Positions 50,930-64,000 of a stretch of DNA of 64,000 nt are shown in pieces (the first letter of the stretch is position 1; each line of letters opens with the position of its first letter). This stretch comes from Octopus sinensis. Lineage: Eukaryota. Made by a program: the position numbers and the translations under genes. Under the pieces are notes generated by a model. It searched no databases. It was given only the letters and a program-made list of their open reading frames with translations, and had not been told where the DNA came from. The stretch spans positions 21,266,001-21,330,000 of the forward strand of contig NC_043000.1 of assembly GCF_006345805.1 (NCBI RefSeq). The letters are read 5' to 3'.

Positions 50930-51575
50930 TATGTGGCAGATGTGCAGGAACAATAAGCGCTAAGAGTACATGGGACTTAGATTCTCTCAAATGCCCAGGA
51001 GGCTCGCTTGAAGTTGTAGATAGTTTCTGTTACCTAGGTGACCAAATTAGCTCTGAAAGTATTGTTTCTAGAGTGGAGGAAGTTCAGAGAGCTACTACCT
51101 CTGTCAGCAGCAAAAGGACTCCCTCTCAGAGTGAAAGGTGGACTGTATAATGCTTGTGTGCAAACAGCTATACTTCATGGTAGTGAGACATGGGCTCTGA
51201 ATACAGAAGACATGCATAGACTGGAGGGAAAAGAATGCATTTGGATATGCTCTGTTGGATATGCAACATCAGTGTGCATGTACGACAAAGTGCAAATGTA
51301 TTGAGAAAAAGTTGGGCATAAGAGGAATAAAATGTAGCATGCAAGAGAGAAGGCTACATTGGTGAAGACACGTGATGCATACGAATAAGGACGGCTGCAT
51401 AAAGTGCTGATCACTGAAAGTGGATGGTACCTGCTGAAGAGGAAGACCCAGGAAGACATGGGATGAAGTGGTAAGGACCGATCTCAGGATGTTGGGCCTC
51501 ACAGAGGAAATGACAATGGACCGAGATGTCTGGTGATATGAGATTCTTGAGAAGACCTATCCACATCAGCAAAAT
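50930..51575 (+). mobile_element. RTE-clade LINE 3' fragment
   Basis: LEVVDSFCYLGDQI...WRKFRELLPL...VKGGLYNACVQTAILHGSETWAL. Confidence 0.88.
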
Positions 51576-51603
51576 TGAGTTCTAGAAGTGCTGTGTGTCC
51601 CAC

Positions 51604-54103
51604 CAGTAGAAGGTCAGTTGCATACTGGACATTTGCATCCCTGTGTACCAGACAATTGCATCCCTGAACAAATGTGTACCTCGGGTAATATTTTTATCAT
51701 AAAAAAAAAATGTTTTACATGTTTACTTTCTCTAAATACACTTATTTTTTTCAGAAGTATACTTTCCAACAGTTGCTCATTACAGCTCGTTAATCAAATA
51801 CATAGTTACCATAATTACACACCAACACAAACGGTATGTTCTTTGTTAAAGCAAAAGAAATTTAAGCTAGCAATTTTAATTAAATCAAGCAGTGTGAACT
51901 GTGAACGTCTAATACATTACTCTTTACTCTCTTTTACTCTTTTACTTGTTTCAGTCATTTGATTGTGGCCATGCTGGAGCACCGCCTTTAGTCGAGCAAA
52001 TCGACCTCAGGACTTATTCTTTGGAAGCCTAGTACTTGTGCTATCGGCCTCTTTTGCTGAACCCCTAAGTTACGGGGATGTAAACATACCAGCATCAGTT
52101 GTCAAGCGATGTTGAGGGGGACAAACAGGCACACAAACATATACACACACATATATACACATATATGACGGGCTTCTTTCAGTTTCTGTAAACCAAATCC
52201 ACTCACAAGGCTTTGGTCACCCGAGGCTATAGTAAAAGACACTTGCCCAAAGTTTTATTTGAAACCCATGGCTAAGTTTAGAAAATCTAACACTGGTGGA
52301 AAGATATTTGTTGACGAGGAAAGTTACAGCTACCACTATCATGAGAAAAATGCTGATGAAACAAAAACATACTAGAGACATGTAGAGTGATCTTGCGAAG
52401 CAAGAAAAAGTACAGTGAATGACTCAGTCATGACACAATGTAATGAACATAACCATGGATCCTCAGCTGCCAAAGTCAGACCACAAGAAGTTATGTCCGA
52501 GTTAAAAACTACTTCAATTTCAGTATGTGGACCAGCAAGAAGTCTTATTGGATCTATGATTACTAATGAAGATCAGTTTTCAATTACCCACATGCCCTCT
52601 TTATCATCAATGGGAAGAAATGTACATCGATGGAGACAAAAAGCACAAAAACGCACCAATTCCACAGCAAAGAAATAATTTCAAGACACCGGAATCCTAT
52701 TGTTTTCTTACAACTGGAGAGAAATTCCTTGCATTTGATTCTGGCATCAATGATGAGAATAGAATACTAATATTTGCAATGGAAGATGGCTTAGAAAATT
52801 TGATAAATTTCACTAACTGGGCAGCAGATGGTACCTTTAAAATCAGTCCATCAATATATTATCAGCTCTATTGTACCCACATCCAAGAAGGTACATTTAG
52901 TATTCCCAGAGTTTTTGCCCTTATTCCAAGTAAGACAAAGGAAATATGTTCATCTATTCACATATTTGTTGCAACCCAAACCGTAACTTAATCCAAAATC
53001 TTTTCTGACTAACTTTGAAATAGGAGCTCAGAAAGGTTTTGTAGAAAAGTTTCGGAGTGGTTGGCGCTAGGAAAGGCATCCAGCTGTAGAAACTCTGCCA
53101 GATTAGATTGGAGCCTGGTGCAGCCATCTGGTTTGCTAGACCTTAGTCAAATCGTCCAACCCATGCTAGCATGGAAAGCGGACATTAAACGATCATGATT
53201 TCCAGAAGTAACAATAAGTTCATGTCTCTTTCATTTATCTTAAGTCTATTTTTAACACAATCTGTGACCTAGGATTAAGACAATGGTACAGAGAAGATGA
53301 AGTATTCAATTTGAAAATTAAATGTTTTTCCACATTATCATTTCTTCCTTTTATTGACTTGTCCGATGACTGTGATTTGACTCCAGAATTTACTGCCTAT
53401 TTTGAAACGGCATACACTGACCAAGCAAGAAGCCAGAAAGGGATAAGGATGGAATCAATTTTTTCTATAGAGTCTTGGAATGTTCAAGAAAGGGTTATAA
53501 GTCAGTTGCCTAGATCTAATAACAGCTTAAGATTGCACAATGCTTTGCAATATTCTTTATCATGTTAACACCCTTCAATTTGGAAATTGATTGAGACACT
53601 GAAAAAGGAGGTGGCTATTGCCTTAAAGAAAAATAGGGACTGTGAAAGAGGAATTCTAGTACAACAAAAAGTAAAACTGCATCTAAGAGAATCATGGCAT
53701 TATTAGATAAGTATACTCCTGAAAACAAGATAAATTTCTTGAAAGGAATAGCTCACAACATTCATACCTTTTGGTTTATTTGTGAAATTACAATAAATTT
53801 TAAATCTTGAAATGTTTTGTAAGAATGTTAATCTGTTTCAATTTTTTTATCAAAAATAAACTTGTAAATTTTGAACTCCTTTATTTCTTTTATTCCTTTT
53901 TTTATTATTTATTACCTATTCTCTTGTTTAGATTTAGTAAATGTGTTTATTTACAATTAGCTTTGATAATCAACTGTTCCAAATAAACAAAATATACACC
54001 TGAAAAAAAGATAAATAAAATTTCAAAATAATACAAGGACACAACTGTCCAGGGATGCAATTGTCTGGGATGCAAATGCCCAGTACGCAACTGTCCTAGA
54101 ACC
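51604..54103 (+). mobile_element. MULE (Mutator-like) transposon, full length and decayed, with nested SINE B (~51925-52250) and family D (~53050-53200)
   Basis: 9-bp TSD gtgtcccac (51595-51603, 54104-54112); ~70-bp imperfect TIRs; N-terminal HNH motif and WAADGTFKISPSIYYQLYCTH...PRVFALIPSK. Confidence 0.92.
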
Positions 54104-54384
54104 GTGTCCCACTTACACATAAGAAAACTTGTCACACATCCTACCACAACAAACCAAACTACAACTCTTCTCTTCCTCACTTTTCCACTTCATGCACTAT
54201 GCTTACCTCCCCATCCCCAATCCTGTCCTCTTGGCCCTCTCTCTACATCATTGCTATCCATTAGCCCTCAATCTGTATGTGCCACCCACATGTAACAAGA
54301 AAACTTTTCACACACCCTACCTCAACAAACCAATCTGCATCTCTTCTCTTCCTCACATTTCCTCCAGTATGCACTATACCAACC

Positions 54385-54769
54385 ATGGAGGCGCAATGGC
54401 CCAGTGGTTAGGGCAGCGGACTCGCGGTCATAGGATCGCGGTTTCGATTCCCAGACCGGGCGTTGTGAGTGTTTATTGATCGAAAACACCTAAAAGCTCC
54501 ACGAGGCTCCGGCAGAGGATGGTGGTGATCCCTGCTGTACTCTTTCACCACAACTTTCTCTCACTCTTACTTCCTGTTTCTGTTGTACCTGTATTTCAAG
54601 GGACTGGCCTTGTCACTCTCTGTGTCACGCTGAATATCCCCGAGAACTACATTAAGGGTGCACGTGTCTGTCGAGTGCTCAGCCACTTACATGTTAATTT
54701 CATGAGCAGGCTGTTCCGTTGATTCGGATCAACCGGAACCCTCATCATTGTAACCGATGGAGTGCTTCC
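54385..54769 (+). mobile_element. SINE family C, full length
   Basis: 13-bp TSD cactataccaacc (54372-54384, 54770-54782); tRNA-like head. Confidence 0.92.
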
Positions 54770-56106
54770 CACTATACCAACCTCTCACTCCCCAATCCTG
54801 TCCTCACAGCCCAGTTTTTCTATATCGTTGCTATTCGGTAGCCAAACCCCCTACTCTATATACCCAGGTTTTCACCACTTACTTTTCCTCCCCACTCTCT
54901 AATCACGCTTCTTTGGCAATATCCTGCCTCTTATATTATGCCCTTCGAACCTCAAAGAACTTGCCACCATCTATATCTCTCTCTCTGCCTTTACTTAACC
55001 ATCCCATTTTTATTCTGATCCCCGTCCTTTGTGAGTATACCTGGCACTTTGCCACCATCTCTATCCTGCTATCTCTCACTCTCTCTCTCTCTCTCTCCCC
55101 TTCTCCTGCACTTCCCTCAGGTTGGATAACCATGTATTTCCTTTACAGTAGCACACTTGTTTCTGTCCTCATTCCTTCTTTCTCTCTGGCCAGGTAATCT
55201 TGTACCTCCTCTACAGCAAGACACCTGTTTCTGTCTCTCTGTCTCACTATAACCTTTCATCATCTGATATGAGATCACCTCCTCCAATGCCCCCTCCCCT
55301 CTCAAAAGATTTTTGTCTTGCAGGTTACTTGATGACCCTATCAGTGCAGGTGCCACTTTAAAAACATCCCGTCCACACTGTAAAGTGGTTGACGTTAGGA
55401 AGGGCATCCAGCTGTAAAAACCTTGTCAAAACTGACCTCACTTGTGCTCGTGCCATGTAAAAAGCACTAAGTCCACTCTGCTGAGTGGTTAGTGTTAGGA
55501 AGAGCATCCAGCTATAAAAATCCTGCCAAAACAGTCAAAGTCTGGTGCAGGCTTCTGCTTGGCCGGCTCCTGTCAAACTGTCCCACCCATGGCAGCAAAG
55601 GAGGCAGATGTTAAACGATGATGATGATAATGATGGTGAATCAAGCCTCATCTTTACAGCTGTTTTGGATAATTGATGACTGGTTGATATATCCAATATT
55701 AAGCTGATATTGTTATACATAAAAGCAAAGGAACAGTATTAACACCATCATCATCATCATCATCATTTAACATCCGTCTTCCATGCTAAAATGGGTTGGA
55801 TGGTTTGACCGGAGTCTGGGAATCCAGGAGGCTGCACCAGGCTCCAGTCTGATCTGGCAGTGTTTCTACAGCTTGATGCCCTTCCTAACACCAACCACTC
55901 CGTGAGTGTAGTAGGTACTTTTTACATGCCACCAGCACAGGTGCCAGAGGAGGCTGGCAATGGCCACGATCGATTGGTGCTTTTTACATGTCACCAGCAC
56001 GGATGCCAGAAGCATAGATTTTGATAGCTCTGGGCAGCAAAGTCTATAATGGATTCATATAATATTTAGTCAATAATTTTAGTAGATGCATACAAATAAA
56101 ACTTAC

Positions 56107-56225
56107 TGTCAAATCATTTTTACAAGTCAATGAGAACTGTACAATGAAAATGGTTTCTGAGGAAGTTGTTGCCTCAGGAGTTGTGTACACTTGAGGAGTG
56201 ACTGTTGGTCCAAGACATGTATCCC
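56107..56225 (-). CDS. SSR4: TRAP-delta exon 2 (G-DTCLGPTVTPQVYTTPEATTSSETIFIVQFSLTCKNDLT)
   Basis: 119 nt, tag| and |gtaagt; matches human [36 protein letters not shown]. Confidence 0.97.
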
Positions 56226-57466
56226 CTACAAAAGACAAAATACGTAATAAAAGTTGTAGAAAAAAAACAATATAAAGAACAAAATTGTGGCTATGTAATC
56301 AATAAATAAAGCTAAACACAAATGTGTAATCTGGCAAAGAATCTAATTTTCATTTTATTCATCATGGAAACTTTCTTTTGTCTTTCGGGTTGCAAGGAGA
56401 CCCCAGAAATGTTGGTGTCACAAAATGTACTCAGGACACTCTGTAAGTGATTGGTAAATTGAAGTGAACAGCAATACTGTAGGGCTTGAGAGGAATCTTT
56501 GGTCTTACTGACAGCAAGACAACCTCTGTACTGTTGATGCCACAAAAAAATGCACCCAGTATACACTGTAAAGTGGTTCCAAAGGGCATCCGGTCATAGA
56601 AACCATGATGAAACTAAGATATTGGAGCAAGATGTGGTCCTCCAATTCACTGGATCTTGCTGAACCATCCAGCCCTTGCCACCATGAAAAACAGACACAA
56701 AATGATGATCATGATAATATTTTAATATGGGATTAACAAAAGAACAGAGGAGGATTAACTCTGTTAATTAATGAGAAATTTCTCTTTTTATTAATTGTTT
56801 AGCCCTTGAAAGGACAATGCCTCTAGATTTCTCAAGCTTCATCAGTATTGCAGTAGCACATCACCTCCCTTTCATTTCAGCTTGGTTTCTCTAAGGGCAT
56901 TCTTCACTAAATGTCTGAGGTGGCTAGAATGTTCACTATGAAAAAATTAGAGCTCAGAGTGAAACCCATCAACATACTTATGAAATGCATAGAATGATGG
57001 TAAATGACCCTTGTTACAACTTTTACTTCCTCAAGCAATGTTTAACATGTTGGTTCCAGTAGGGGAAATATAAGCTAAACTAAACTATTCTGTATAATTG
57101 TTCAACTTGTGAGAAATAGCAGGCAAATCTCCCTCATATCACACAACCATCTTAAAAATTGGGAAGACACATTGGATAATGAAGTCTTTTATGTAGATAA
57201 CGTACAGTATGCTTAAAAAAATGTGCAGAGATAATTCTAGAGGATTGCAACTCAGAGTAGGGACTAAATAAAACATCAGGAATAAAGTTTTGTAGGACAT
57301 AAAAGGAATGAGAAGAGGGAGAGAAAAAGTGTAGAGCTATCACAATTGCTCCAAAAATTGGGCCCCACTAACACCAAGGGTCTCTTCTGGTAAAAAAAAT
57401 ATACTTAATATAGCTAATACCACATTCCAAAGGGTGGGTGGTCCATCTCTTCAGTGCCAGAACATA

Positions 57467-58725
57467 CAAGGGGTGTTTGTTAAAGATTTCCCCTGACCCA
57501 CTTCCAGTTATTGAAGGTATAACCATGTCTCTACAGGTCACATTGTATTTTTTTGGATTTCCACTAGTATTCATTTGTCTTTTACAGCTGCTGAAGTCAA
57601 CTAATGTGTTATAAGGGAGGCAGTTCAGATCAGTGATCAAGTTCTTATATTTAAAAGGTTGTATACCAAAAGAGACTTTCAATGAGATGAAAGAAGCTTA
57701 TTGGTGATGATGCACCATCATATGACGTAGTTAAGCACTGGCATCACCAGTTCAAATGTGGTCGGACATTGATGAAAACTACTCCTATTCCTGGATGACC
57801 ACAATCCACCATTATGCCCTTCCATAAAGTGGAAGCTGACATATTGGAGAATCACCACATAACTATTCAGCAACTAGCCCAAGAAGTGAAGATAAGTGTA
57901 GAGTCTGTGGGAAAAAAAAATCCTCCATGACACATGCAGAAATTGTCTGCACAATGGATTCCCTGGATGCTCACACCATTTCAAAAGCAGGAACGAGTCA
58001 ATTGCTCCCAGGCTCTTTTGGCAATATGCCAAGAAAACGAGGAGGTCTTTTTTGGTAGACTTATCACACAGGATGAAACATAGGTCCGTCACTATGATCC
58101 TAAGACTAAAGTCCAGTTGAAGCAATGGAAGCATGATAACTCACCACCTCCAAAAAAGGCTCGTGTCCAATCTACAGAAGGCAAGATGATGCTCAGTCTT
58201 TTGGGACCAGTGTGGAGTAGTGATGATAGAATTTCTGGCAAAGGGCACCACAATTAATGGGGCATATTATGCTGCTCTGCTGCATAAATTGCAGGATGCC
58301 ATCAAAGCAGAGAGGCGTAGTATGCTGACCAAAGGAGTCCACCTCCTCTAAGACAATGTCCCAGTTCACAATGCTTACGCTGCCCAGATGAAAGCACACT
58401 CCAGTGGCTATGAAATCCTTCCTCATCCCTTTACTCTCCAGACCTCGCACCATCTGGCTTACACTTCTTTCCAACCTGAAGTTTTTTTTTTTTTTGAAGG
58501 GGAAGCACATTTTGGATGATGATGAACTTATTTCCATAATAAAGTCTTGGCTCCAGAACAACCTGCCAATTTCTACAGATGAGATCTTCACAGCTGCATA
58601 AAGCAATGGGAGAAGTGTGTCATCATTGGTGGTAGCTATAAAGAAGGCTAATAATTATGCCAAGTTTCATTTATCCCAGTCCTTGGGAAATGGATCAGGG
58701 GAAATCTTTAATGACTGCACCTCAG
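57467..58725 (+). mobile_element. mariner (DD34D-type) transposon, decayed
   Basis: Imperfect TIRs sharing ttaaagatttcccctga(c/t)cca; VIKFLYLKG, LITQDET, QWKH..SPPPKK, YEILPHP and SPDLAPS motifs. Confidence 0.9.
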
Positions 58726-58744
58726 ACTTCATCTCCCAGCAATT

Positions 58745-59010
58745 ATTAACACTCTACATAGCTCAGTTGCTGACTACAACAGAGTATTGTTCCCACATCT
58801 GGGACAATGCTGTTGCTGTACACAAAGACAATTTAAATCCATTCAGAAAAGGTCACTGAAATGATTGGGGTAAAGTCATTCACAGATATGCCCCAACCTC
58901 TGGCCCACAGACAAAATATAGCTTCTCTCTACTTTTCAACAGCTACTACAATGGCTTCTACTCCACAAAATTGCCACATCCACTCAGGCTTTCCTACCTC
59001 ATTTATTGCT
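58745..59010 (+). mobile_element. CR1-like LINE 3' fragment
   Basis: LLTLYIAQ...EYCSHIWD...QPLAHRQNIASL. Confidence 0.7.
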
Positions 59011-59206
59011 CTTCCTCTGTGGAAGAGTATGGCTTAGTGGTTAGCGTGTTGGACTCATGATCATAAGATCATGGTTTTGGTTCCTGGACTGGGCAATGCA
59101 TTGTGTTCTTGAGCAAAACACTTCATTTCACATTGCTTCAGTCCACTGAGCTGGTAAAATTGAGTATCCCTGCGACAGACCAGCACCCCATCCAGTGGCG
59201 AATGTA

Positions 59207-59975
59207 CAGGGTGCAATAGGTAAACTGTTGCCATTTTATACTTTTAATTTTGCGCATGCGCATGGTTTTTGATTTTGTCAACTACACAGTATAGTAAAGT
59301 CAGTTGGGCACCATCTGTGAGAAAAACAGCACCATGAAGCAATTCACTCTACTAGAAATTTGGAAATGACATGCTGTACTGCTTGGCATTCACGTCAGAA
59401 GCTCCAATATGAACATTTCAAAGTGTTTGGGTATCATTCTGGGGACATGTACTGAGAGTGATAAAAGCCAAACATCCAGTTTGTCATGGTGTTTGGAGTG
59501 ATCACTAGTGATGGCAACATTATACCCCCATTCATCTTCCCACATGACCTTAGACTCAACACAAAGGCCTACATCAAGTACATGGAGGAGGTAGTGTTGC
59601 CCTGGGTGAAGAGGGTGGCTGCTGGAAGAACCTATCTTTGGCAACAGGACTCAGCACCGTGCCACAAAAGCAGGTGAACCCAGTCATGGCTGTCAGAAAA
59701 TTTCTGCAACCACATCACTCCTAATATCTGGCCACCTAACTCCCTAGACTGCAACCCCCTTGATTATAATGTGTGTAGCACATATGAATGAGACCAACAA
59801 AACGCCTTGTAATACTAAAAATGAACTGATGGCAAAGATTATGACAACATTCACCAACTTAAACATGGAGACTGCCCGAAAGAGTTGCAGGAGATTCCGA
59901 ATTTGTCCGGAGGCCATGGTTGAAGCAAATGGTGATTTTATTGAATAAATTCACTCTTTATTATTTTAAGCACAT
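59207..59975 (+). mobile_element. maT (DD37D) transposon, internally deleted
   Basis: TA|cagggtg left end; VMVFGVITSDG...WQQDSAPCH...WPPNSLDCNPLDY, with 37 residues between the last two Asp. Confidence 0.88.
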
Positions 59976-60291
59976 CAATACATAACTCTACAGAGCAATA
60001 TGTGACAATTCTGCAAACATATTGGGTTCATTACAGCATAATCCCAACGATGCAAAAAAATTAATTGCACTTTCATTAATCATCATATTAATAGAAATTT
60101 CCTGTACGACACAATTCCCCTCAATCAACTCATCAATATTAACTATGACCATCCCAACTTCCTTTATAGATATCCAGATCTACATTATTTAATGTCCATT
60201 GTAGAGCAGTGGGTTCTCAACTGTTTTTAAAAACATAATTCAAGGACTGAAATACACATTATTCATAATGAAGAAAAGCAAGTTTTGTATG

Positions 60292-60354
<63 letters not shown>

Positions 60355-60583
60355 CGTTTTTGTTTTTTCTTTTAGAAAAACATAAATCCAGAGAAGAAAC
60401 ACACTCCAAGAAGTAGAGTAGTCTATATTTATTACTGGTGAAGGCCGGTTTACAGGTAGATCCTAAGACTGTTGGCTTATGGCCGCTTTAAAATATGGAT
60501 GGGGAAACGTGGGAGATAATCTCCATTTTTTATATCTATCGTTTCCCTTCCATATTTTAAAGAGTCCATAGGCCAACAAGTCT

Positions 60584-60643
60584 TAGGGTCTGAAGATACG
60601 CTATGAAGGTACCCTCTATGGCGAGAAACCCAGGGTAACCCTA
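60584..60643 (+). ncRNA. Type I hammerhead ribozyme candidate
   Basis: Helix I tagggt/acccta; CTGAAGA (60590-60596); ~12-bp imperfect helix II; GAAA (60625-60628); helix III ACCC-A-GGGT; predicted cleavage after GUA at 60637. Confidence 0.75.
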
Positions 60644-60680
60644 TAAACCGGCCTACACCAGTAATATACATATATATATA

Positions 60681-60774
60681 GGCGGGCCTGGCGCACAGTC
60701 ACCCCACACACACACATACTGACCTTTCCGATTTTTTTTTCACCGGATTCCTATCTTTCTGCGCCAGATCTGCC
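60681..60774. mobile_element. Small TA-flanked MITE
   Basis: ggcgggcctggcgca versus tgcgccagatctgcc, inside (TA)n. Confidence 0.65.
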
Positions 60775-61856
60775 TATATATATATATATAGTCGTCTAAG
60801 AACCCATAAGTCAGAAAAAACAAGCACCCGTATATTTGTCAACAGTGGGTGTGTTCATTATAACCAATCGATTTCATACACGAGCTTGGACAAAATTGGT
60901 TGAAAAGGAACTATAATGTTAGATCGAACAAAAATTACAGATATACATACAGGTGTGAATGCATACATTTTCATGTATGCATGTATGTGTGTAATTTTTA
61001 TTCAATGTAATATATACATAAAAAGAAAATTACTCTCCCCAGACACAACAGAATATGCTTCAACACACGAACTCATTTAAAGAATCTTGCAAACCAAATC
61101 CCAAAACGAAATATCGTATCAGTATATTTTTCCTTTTATCATCAGTACAATTTTTTTTTTTAATATTAGAATCACAATGGTAAAATACTTCATAGTAGGT
61201 TAAGTAATCACACAGAGGCCTGTATATAATAATAATAACAATAATAATAATAATAATAATAATGATGATGAAATTATTGTATACAGTGCTAATGTGCACC
61301 ACAAGTATATAGATATGCAATTAAAATACGAGTATTTTTTTACAGAATATTAGAGAAATAAAATGCTTTAATATAAATCGGATCAATAAAATATAACAAA
61401 CATTTGAGTCAGGTTATAAAAATTAGAATTTCCAAGACGAAAAACCTAGATTAAAACTGATCACTAAGCTTAATCTCATTTCATCCCCATTTTTTAAATT
61501 CAATTATTTAAAAAGCTATTCTAAGTCTGTTACGTTATCTTCATTGATTTGTAGGCGTAAAGATAAATTAAATTCTAAATGTTCCAGCCAGAGATCACTT
61601 ATAATTAGATTTATGTTATATTAAATTGGCAATAAATCCCGCATCCTAAGCGATGTTTGAAACTAGCAGACAGCTGCCACCAAACAAATATTTCAGGGAG
61701 TTTAGAAAACGCCACGTCAACAATCATCGTCTGGTTAAGACAGTTTTACTTTCAAACAATCTGTAATGAAATAATCATCATTCCCTTTTTTTTTTTTTTT
61801 TACCTTTTTCTAAATAGAAATATCTCTTAATATGTAAATAAATAAATTCAACGAAC

Positions 61857-61932
61857 CTGAAGCGAATAAAGGTAGAAGCAGAAGCAAAGAAAAGATTGAG
61901 ACGGTCATCGTTGAGGGAAGTTGAGAAGCCAT
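61857..61932 (-). CDS. SSR4: TRAP-delta exon 1, signal peptide (MASQLPSTMTVSIFSLLLLLPLFAS-G)
   Basis: aagATGG start, hydrophobic signal peptide, phase-1 donor |gttcgt. The six exons join to 537 nt (178 aa). Confidence 0.88.
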
Positions 61933-62139
61933 CTTGATGCGAAAGGAAGGGGAACAAATGGTTTTTCACTTTTATACAGCAAATACTACAGGCAAGTCAG
62001 GGTAGATAACTGTGGATTTATCAGATTGTCTCCTCTTGAAAATATATTAATTTATTTGTTTGTTTCTTTCTTTGTTTGTTTGTTTATTTATTTATGTATT
62101 TATTTATGTATTTATTTATGTATTTATTTATCAAATGCA

Positions 62140-64000
62140 AAGCAAATTACTCTAGTCAACAGCCAATTTTCATCAGGGATATTATATGGTGTTTTATATG
62201 TAGTTTTGTCAGCAGATTTCAAAAATGTAATCGGTTTCCTTCTATCGGGCACAGTTTTTCGGATGAGATAAGAGAGAGGTATATAACTCCCATCAGCAGT
62301 ATCGCTACACGTAAACGTCTTATACAGGTAAATTCTGATTTTTGTTTTATAACTATTTGTATTCATTTTGTAATTTTATGTTTTCATAAGCTTTTCTTTT
62401 CATAAATTTTACTTTCTGTTTAAGGTGCCAAATCATCATCATCATCATCAAATTCTACTCAGAATATCAAGGCATTGCAAGAACAGTCCGGATATATTTT
62501 GTCATGTCTGTGGTTCATTTACCACCAAAACCCAGCAACGTGCCATCACAAGTGAGATCAAGAAGATCTACCAGTTATATTTTGGCTGCTCTCTTGGGGA
62601 TCAAGATAAGGGTCCCGCACATCATCTGCTCAGCTTGTTCAAATGGACTAAGGGATTGGCTAAATAAGAGGAAGAGAGCAATGCCGTTTGTAATGCCTAT
62701 GATATGGAGAGAGCCAAAGGATCATTTCTTGGACTGTTATTTCTGCAACGATAATGTTTGTGAGTTTACTGTAAAGACAAAGCATAAGATTGTGTATCCG
62801 AACTTGGAATCAGCAAGAAGACCAGTATCACACAACGATGATGATCTTCCTATTCCAATACCACCAGAAAATGACGTTCAGATGTCTGACGAAGATGTAT
62901 TTCCTGAAGAAAATACTACTACTGTGGAAGACACCGAAGTGGATGCAGATTTCACGATTGAAAATGAAGACGTACCACAGAAATTTTCTCAAGGAGAGTT
63001 AAATGATTTAGTTAGAAACTTGTCATTGTCGAAGGATAAAGCTGAACTATTACCATCTCGCCTAGAAGAAAAGTGTTTGCTTAAGCAAGATGTTTGTATT
63101 ACTTATTTCAGGAAGAGAAATAGGGATCTGATTTCATGCTTCTCTGTTGATGGACCACTTTGTTTCAGTAATAACACTGATGAGTTATTTCGCTGTTTGT
63201 TCTAAGAGCATGTTCCAGCTGAATGGCGCTTATTCATTGATTCATCTAAGAGAAGCCTCAAGGCAGTACTACTACACAATAAGAAACCATCCATTCCCAT
63301 AGGACATTCGATGCACATGAAGGGTTGTTACAAAAACATGCAAGTACCCCTCAATGCCTTAAAGTATACAAACTACAGCTGGAAAATATGTGGAGACTTT
63401 AAAGGTGATTGGAATGTTGATGGTAATGCAATCTGGGTTCACAAAATATTGTTGCTTTTTTATGCCCATGGGACAGCCGTGCAACTAACAAGCACTATGT
63501 GCAATCAGAGTGGCCTTTGCGAAAATCATATGAGCCGGGCATATTCATAGGTCCACAGATAAAAGAACTCCTGAAGGGCAACCACTTCCTCACAGCACTG
63601 GATGAGACTGAGCTTAAAGTCTGGCAATCCTTCAAATGTCTCTGTGAAAATTTCCTAAGCAACAAGAGATCTCTAGAGTTTAGAAATGGAGTGAAATGTC
63701 TTCTAGACTCCTACGCTGCAATGGGCTGTCGGATGTCCATTTCCTTGATTCACTTCTGGACATTTTTGCAGAGAACCTTGGAGCAGTGTCTGATGAGCAA
63801 GGGGAACGCTTTCATCAAGATATTGCATCGATGGAACAACGATATCAAGGGTTTTGGAATGCAGGAATGTTAGCTGACTACTGTTGGATGTCATACAGGG
63901 ATGAACCTGAGACAAAACACCATAGAAAGTCCAAATCCCAAAGATTTTAAGTTGTTATGCATTTGAATGTATTCTAACTTATATGTAGACAATAATTTTA
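62140..64000 (+). mobile_element. Chapaev (CMC superfamily) transposon, decayed, with internal deletion
   Basis: CKNSPDIFCHVCG...GDQDK..PHIIC...PMIWREPKDH..DCYFC, LSKDKAELL, WRLFIDSSKRSLKAVLLH and ENLGAVSDEQGERFHQDI...RYQG...MLADYCW. The left boundary is uncertain. Confidence 0.88.

Noticed and set aside
54385-54460. tRNA-like sequences here and in other SINE heads
   Set aside because: They have A/B boxes but continue into SINE bodies with TSDs; no complete cloverleaf was seen.
61933-64000. Head-to-head IDH3G, as beside human SSR4
   Set aside because: No IDH3G-like exon was seen; the region is a Chapaev relic.

Overview
AT-rich, microsatellite-dense animal genomic DNA. The SINE repertoire and simple-repeat load look like an octopus (inference). 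One gene is clear: SSR4 (TRAP-delta), six coding exons on the minus strand (61932 to 35300, 178 aa). Downstream on the same strand is a phase-consistent chain of small exons from an unidentified gene with a PH-like motif, including a tandemly duplicated 71-nt exon. The rest is decayed mobile DNA: four SINE-like families; R4/Dong, HERO, RTE, CR1 and Penelope retroelements; Tc1, two mariners, maT, MULE, Chapaev, Helitrons and several MITEs. The most notable observations are (1) a type I hammerhead ribozyme embedded in a ~240-nt rod-like inverted repeat at 60430-60666, plus other hammerhead-like motifs; (2) the duplicated, possibly mutually exclusive exon; (3) a ~750-bp near-identical inverted duplication; (4) mirror-image compound microsatellites; and (5) a (CA)n-bounded modular repeat amplified differently at two loci. 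All alignments and folds were done by eye, so TE and SINE boundaries are approximate unless a TSD or TIR is quoted.
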